In this document: piece after piece, positions 59,820-64,000 of the stretch
Layout of the letters: each line of letters starts with the position of its first letter
Position numbering within the stretch: the stretch's first letter is position 1
NCBI GenBank assembly: GCA_913057175.1
Contig: CAJXNP010000021.1
Coordinates: forward strand, 18,869-82,868
Length of the DNA: 64,000 nucleotides
Reading direction: 5' to 3'
DNA from: an uncultured Cytophagales bacterium
Lineage (GTDB): Bacteria > Bacteroidota > Bacteroidia > Cytophagales > Cyclobacteriaceae
The notes under the pieces: model-generated
Databases searched by the model: none
The model's input: only the letters and a program-made list of their open reading frames with translations
What the model was told of the DNA's origin: nothing
Program-made: the position numbers and the translations under genes

Positions 59820-59847
59820 AGCCCGGGCATTTGTCCGGGCTTTTTTG
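59820..59847 (+). terminator. rho-independent terminator
   Basis: AGCCCGGGC-ATTT-GTCCGGGCT forms an 8-9 bp stem, followed by TTTTTT. Confidence 0.75.
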
Positions 59848-59970
59848 TTATGAAGTGTTTCAATCAAATATCGTCAATGCAAACATCTGATATGACCCAG
59901 AGGGATATTAAACGTGTGCAATGGCCGGACCGGAATACCTGAACCACTTCAGTAAATTAAACTTAAATGG

Positions 59971-60010
59971 AAAAAAACCCGGTCCGATTACAACTGACCG
60001 GGTTTTTTTG
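59971..60010. terminator. bidirectional-looking intrinsic terminator
   Basis: AAAAAAA-CCCGGTC-cgattacaact-GACCGGG-TTTTTTT. Confidence 0.7.
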
Positions 60011-60037
60011 TGTGTCACTATTTTTAACAATAAAACA

Positions 60038-60553
60038 ATGTCTCAATTACAAATTGAAGAGTATTATCTGGAAGCCCTTGACCAACTGGAATATGGGGAA
60101 ACGGTTGAGGCGAAGCGATCGTTCGAAAAGATCATTCAGGAAAATCCCGAATATGGCAGGGCATACAACTACCTGGGATGGATCTTTCATAAATACTTTT
60201 ACGATTTTCGAACGGCAGATGAAATGTACCGGCTGGCAATCAAATACAATCCGGAGTTTCCATTGACATACCTGAATTACATATGTCTGTTGGTTGAAAC
60301 CGACAAATGGGAACACCTGAAATACGTGCTTGACAAAGCCATAAAAGTGCCGGGGACTCAAAAGTCCGTTATTCTCTATCACTACGGAAGGCTATATGAA
60401 TACAATGAAAATTTTGAAACAGCACTTGAATTTTATGCCAAGGGCATGAAAGCGACCGTAGATGAGCAGGAATTGGGCAAGTTTGAGGAAAGTATTAACC
60501 GATGCTATTCCAAAAAATCGCACCATAAGCACTGGAATAGTGTCATTATTTAA
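60038..60553 (+). CDS. TPR-repeat protein
   Basis: Internal ATG of ORF 59921..60553 (MSQLQIEEYYLEAL). TPR-like helices (AYNYLGWIFHKYFYDFRTADEMYRLAIKYNPEF). Confidence 0.65.
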   Translation: MSQLQIEEYYLEALDQLEYGETVEAKRSFEKIIQENPEYGRAYNYLGWIFHKYFYDFRTADEMYRLAIKYNPEFPLTYLNYICLLVETDKWEHLKYVLDKAIKVPGTQKSVILYHYGRLYEYNENFETALEFYAKGMKATVDEQELGKFEESINRCYSKKSHHKHWNSVII

Positions 60554-60586
60554 AAACTAATTAAAACACCTAAACAACAATTAACC

Positions 60587-61084
60587 ATGGTTCGCACAAA
60601 TAAATATATCGAAGAATTATTGATCGATGTCGGTAGCGCGATTAATAGTAATAAGCCAAAAGAGGCGAAAAATCTACTGGAAGAAGTTTTGGTAATTGAG
60701 CCTTCTTACAGCATAGCACACAATGATCTCGGCTGGTTATATATGTATTATTTCAAGAATTATGAAATGGCTGAAAGCCACCTGAGGTTGGCAATTAAAT
60801 TCAAACCTCCTTACCCGGCAGCATTTCAGCACCTGGGAAGGTTAATGATCTGGAAGAACAAGCTGGATGATGCCAGAAAGATCCTTGAATATGGCCTGGA
60901 ACTGGAAGGTATTTACAAACCTGCTGTTTACCAGGAGTTGGGAAATATCGCTGAAATGAAAAGTAAGTTCTTTTTGGCAAGGAAATATTATAAACTTGCT
61001 ATCAGGAATTGTATTGATGACAATTTCCTGAAAGAGCTAAGATCCAACTTAAAAAGATGCCGCATTAAAATGTTTATGTTTTAA
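60587..61084 (+). CDS. TPR-repeat protein, paralog of 60038..60553
   Basis: 165 aa. AHNDLGWLYMYYFKNYEMAESHLRLAIKFKPPY parallels the upstream gene. Confidence 0.65.
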   Translation: MVRTNKYIEELLIDVGSAINSNKPKEAKNLLEEVLVIEPSYSIAHNDLGWLYMYYFKNYEMAESHLRLAIKFKPPYPAAFQHLGRLMIWKNKLDDARKILEYGLELEGIYKPAVYQELGNIAEMKSKFFLARKYYKLAIRNCIDDNFLKELRSNLKRCRIKMFMF

Positions 61085-61086
61085 AA

Positions 61087-61128
61087 GATCAGGTTGTTCC
61101 AATAAATGCGGGCAACCTGATTTCCCTT
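61087..61128 (+). terminator. possible terminator hairpin
   Basis: ATCAGGTTG-16 nt-CAACCTGAT forms a 9-bp stem, followed by a T/C-rich tract. Confidence 0.4.
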
Positions 61129-61326
61129 TCTCTCCAGATATTAATTGTCACTCCTACACTAACAATGTTACTTTAAAGATTAAACCTATCTATTATTTAC
61201 ACAACATTTACAAACTTTATCGTTATTTATGTCGTTTAGCAACAAATACGTTCCACTTAGCGAAAAAATATGTTGTTACGTTTTATTGTCTTTACATTTA
61301 AATGGCTTTGAACTAAATGCAGGGTT

Positions 61327-61743
61327 ATGGAATATGCGAGTTTCGAAAAGGTTAGTGAAAATTTGCTGCTTGTTAAATTTGATGCATTTAGGCCTACAAA
61401 CGAAGGGTTTGAAGAATACTTGGCCAAATTGAAAGAAAATATTGAGCAATTCAGCGATCTGGCAATTGTCGTTTTTGACACAAACAATCTGAAACACATG
61501 AGTTCCGAATTGAGACACAGACAAGCTGAATGGATGAAAGAAAATGAAGTGTTAATAACTAATAAGTGTTTACTATCTATCTATGTGATCAACAATCCAA
61601 TAATCCGGTTCCTACTGGAGGCAATTTTCCTTGTGCAAAAATCACCAATTCCCTATCAGGTTGTCAGATCATTTTCCAATGCACAGGAGATTGCAAATGA
61701 TTTCTTCGATGTGACTTCTGTTAACGTTGAAGGAGTGAAATAA
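61327..61743 (+). CDS. hypothetical protein
   Basis: 138-aa ORF followed by a strong terminator. No motif recognised. Confidence 0.5.
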   Translation: MEYASFEKVSENLLLVKFDAFRPTNEGFEEYLAKLKENIEQFSDLAIVVFDTNNLKHMSSELRHRQAEWMKENEVLITNKCLLSIYVINNPIIRFLLEAIFLVQKSPIPYQVVRSFSNAQEIANDFFDVTSVNVEGVK

Positions 61744-61760
61744 AATAATGCTAAAAGTCC

Positions 61761-61799
61761 AAAAAAAGGAGCGGCAGCCTACAACCGCTCCTTTTTTTA
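61761..61799. terminator. bidirectional intrinsic terminator between convergent genes
   Basis: AAAAAAA-GGAGCGG-cagcctacaa-CCGCTCC-TTTTTTT. Confidence 0.75.
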
Positions 61800-63272
61800 T
61801 TCCAAAGTAGTGAAATATTGATACTTATCTTGTCGCATATCCGAGCGATAGAACTCATTGGTTTTCGAAGAATACTCATAATCCTTTATCCAATCGTGAT
61901 GATGTTCTCTAATTTCAGCTAATGCCTGCGCCATAAAGCGAACTTCATCATTTGTTGTAGTTGGATGAAGGGAAATACGCACCCATCCAGGTTTCTGGCT
62001 CATATCGCCCTGGTTGATCAAATCTGTTATTTTATGACTCATTTCCTGATCGACATGCAGCAAATAATGACCATACGTTCCAGCACAAGAGCATCCTCCC
62101 CTAACCTGAATTCCAAAACGATCGCTTAGTAATCTTACAATTAAATTATGGTGAATATTTTCCATGTAAAAAGATATCACGCCAATTCTTTCATGTACCT
62201 GGTCAGCAAGTATCATTAGCCCTGGAATTTTGCACAATTCCTCAAATGCCAATTTTATGAGTTCTTTCTCCCTTTTTCTCATGTTTTCCACCCCCATTTT
62301 TTCCTTAAGTTCCAAACTCAAAGCAGCTTTAATGGTTTGAAGAAAACCAGGAGTTCCGCCATCTTCCCTTATTTCAATGTCATCGAAATAGGCATGTTCT
62401 CCCCATGGGTTTGTCCAGGTTACTGTTCCACCACCCGGATGATCTGGAATCCTGTTTTTATATAATTTTTTGCAAAAGATGAGTATTCCCGAAGAGCCGG
62501 GGCCGCCCAGGAACTTATGGGGAGAAAAGAAAATGGCATCCAGTTTTTGATTTTCATTTTCCGGGTGCATATCGATCTTGACATATGGGGCTGAAGCTGC
62601 AAAATCAACGAAACAATAACCTTCGTGCTCGTGCATAACCTCAGCCAGTTCATAATAAGGCGTTTCAATTCCTGTTACATTGGAACAAGCTGTAAACGAC
62701 CCGATCTTTAATTCCCGGTTTTCATATTTTGTTAATTGCTCACGCAAACAATCAGGGTTAACCAATAAGTTTTCATCAGGCGGAAGGACCACTACATCGG
62801 CCAGGGATTCAAACCACGGGGTTTGATTGGAATGATGCTCCATGTGACTGAGGAAAACAACCGGCCTTTCGTTTTCATTTAACTGACAAAATTTCTTCAA
62901 TTTCTCAGGAACCTTCAGGCCAAGAATTCTCTGGAATTTGGCTAATGCCGAAGTCATCCCATATCCAGAAGAAATGATCACATCCTCGGCATTGGCATTG
63001 ACAAGTTTCTTAATTTTCTTATGTGCTTCATGATAAGCCAGGGTCATCGCCTGACCGGTTTCGCTGGATTCGGAATGGGTATTGGCAATAAAAGGACCAA
63101 TTTCGTAACTGATTTTCTGCTCGATGAGACGATAAAGTCTGCCACTCGCTATCCAGTCAGCATAAAGCAGCTTCTTCTCTCCATAGGGCGTTTGAATCAC
63201 CTGATCAATACCGATAATCTGGTTTCTGAACTGCTGGAAATATCCTTCTAACTTCGTCTTGCTTTCATTCAT
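61797..63272 (-). CDS. class V aminotransferase / cysteine-desulfurase-like PLP enzyme
   Basis: 491 aa. PLP-lysine context FFSPHKFLGGPGSSGIL. Fold-type I layout. Confidence 0.75.
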   Translation of the reverse strand: MNESKTKLEGYFQQFRNQIIGIDQVIQTPYGEKKLLYADWIASGRLYRLIEQKISYEIGPFIANTHSESSETGQAMTLAYHEAHKKIKKLVNANAEDVIISSGYGMTSALAKFQRILGLKVPEKLKKFCQLNENERPVVFLSHMEHHSNQTPWFESLADVVVLPPDENLLVNPDCLREQLTKYENRELKIGSFTACSNVTGIETPYYELAEVMHEHEGYCFVDFAASAPYVKIDMHPENENQKLDAIFFSPHKFLGGPGSSGILIFCKKLYKNRIPDHPGGGTVTWTNPWGEHAYFDDIEIREDGGTPGFLQTIKAALSLELKEKMGVENMRKREKELIKLAFEELCKIPGLMILADQVHERIGVISFYMENIHHNLIVRLLSDRFGIQVRGGCSCAGTYGHYLLHVDQEMSHKITDLINQGDMSQKPGWVRISLHPTTTNDEVRFMAQALAEIREHHHDWIKDYEYSSKTNEFYRSDMRQDKYQYFTTLE

Positions 63273-63330
63273 AAGACAAAATTAGGGCTAATTTTATTTT
63301 TTCATGAACAATTTAATGAATATGGAAGGC

Positions 63331-63385
63331 TAAACATCACAAATCATTACCCGCTGACTGATTTCAACTTGTCATCGTACTTTAC
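63331..63385. repeat. direct repeat copy 1 flanking hicBA
   Basis: TAAACATCACAAATCATTACCCGCTGAC-TGATTTCAACTTGTCATCGTACTTTAC aligns with 63941-64000. Confidence 0.75.
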
Positions 63386-63398
63386 TAAAAAGATAATT

Positions 63399-63632
63399 TT
63401 ACAGTTTGCGAATCATTTCAATAAATTCTTCTGGGGTAATTTCAATCTGCCGTAGAATAGCTCTTAGTAAAGTTCGGGAAATATCCTTATTCCCATGATG
63501 CGGAATAGTGGTGTATCTACCATCAGGATGACGATAAAATACATGACTACCTTTTTGCCTTTTTATTTCAAATCCAATTTTCAGTATGAGTTTTTCTAAT
63601 GTTTTTGCATCGATTAGGGGTAACCTGCTCAT
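63399..63632 (-). CDS. hicA: HicA family type II toxin (mRNA interferase)
   Basis: 77 aa. AKTLEKLILKIGFEIKRQKGSHVFYRHPDGRYTTIPHHGNKDISRTLLRAILRQIEI is the HicA/YcfA pattern (GSH...H). Confidence 0.85.
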   Translation of the reverse strand: MSRLPLIDAKTLEKLILKIGFEIKRQKGSHVFYRHPDGRYTTIPHHGNKDISRTLLRAILRQIEITPEEFIEMIRKL

Positions 63633-63856
63633 ACAGCAACAGAGATTTGCTGAAATCCGATAAAGTCCGATAAATTAGAAATATCCTCCTCTGTTAATTC
63701 TTCCAAACATAGCTGGATTACCTCTTCTAAATTGGCTCGTAATTCATCTAGTGTTTCAGCCTGGGAATATGCACCTGGAAGATTAGGAACAATACCAACG
63801 TACATTCCCGTTTCCTTATCTTTTTCAATTTGCGCAGTAAACAGATAATTTTTCAT
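63629..63856 (-). CDS. hicB: HicB family antitoxin (UPF0150 type)
   Basis: ATG at 63856 (MKNYLFTAQIEKDKETGMYVGIVPNLPGAYSQAETLDELRANLEEVIQLCLE). It overlaps the hicA start by 4 nt. Confidence 0.8.
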   Translation of the reverse strand: MKNYLFTAQIEKDKETGMYVGIVPNLPGAYSQAETLDELRANLEEVIQLCLEELTEEDISNLSDFIGFQQISVAV

Positions 63857-63940
63857 AGCTATAAATATAACGAATTCAGAGCTCAATCGAATCTTGGAAT
63901 ATTAACACAAAATTTCAAAATCTGTGAAATGAATTATCCT

Positions 63941-64000
63941 TAAACATCACAAATCATCACTCCTTGCTTCAATGATTTCAACTTATCGTCATATTTAGGC
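63941..64000. repeat. direct repeat copy 2 flanking hicBA (runs to the window edge)
   Basis: TAAACATCACAAATCATCACTCCTTGCTTCAATGATTTCAACTTATCGTCATATTTAGGC aligns with 63331-63385. Confidence 0.75.

Overview
This 64-kb window looks like a chromosomal segment from a low-GC member of the Bacteroidota. The supporting signs are a T9SS C-terminal sorting domain, TTTG-N21-TAnnTTTG type promoters, no Shine-Dalgarno sequences, Reg_prop and TPR-LytS sensor kinases, and DUF3857/transglutaminase pairs. All calls come from reading the sequence and the supplied ORF track; no searches were run.

Most of the window is housekeeping:
- a TPP-riboswitch-controlled thiamine operon (thiS-thiC-thiE-like-thiD-thiE-thiG-thiH, 4.3-10.6 kb)
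- molybdenum cofactor genes (mobA-like, moaC, moeA)
- polyamine genes (aguA, aguB)
- msrA, a SulP transporter, a patatin-Omp85 protein, an amidase and a class V aminotransferase
- three sensor kinases and a hicBA toxin-antitoxin pair

The best candidate for an undescribed system is an AT-rich accessory stretch right after the thi operon (about 11.9-17.1 kb). It holds a tight three-gene minus-strand operon (12198-14519). The operon encodes a coiled-coil protein with an Mrr-like nuclease core, a TIR-Mrr_cat fusion protein, and a small standalone PD-(D/E)xK-like protein. There is no methyltransferase, no ATPase and no ThsA-like partner. An unusually dense array of hairpins follows the operon, and two tandem Uma2 nuclease paralogs sit next to it.

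A second notable block (17.5-25.7 kb) is a TPR-LytS/LytTR two-component pair followed by four Cys-rich secreted proteins. These are two paralogous lipoproteins, a small protein with a eukaryote-type EGF signature, and a four-repeat T9SS substrate. A 9-12-9 direct repeat typical of LytTR operators sits just upstream of the first of them.

Other observations:
- a promoter-plus-terminator unit predicting a ~130-nt sRNA or 25-aa micropeptide (59.7 kb)
- a candidate MarR operator present twice
- direct repeats flanking hicBA

I saw no rRNA, tRNA, CRISPR array or transposase.
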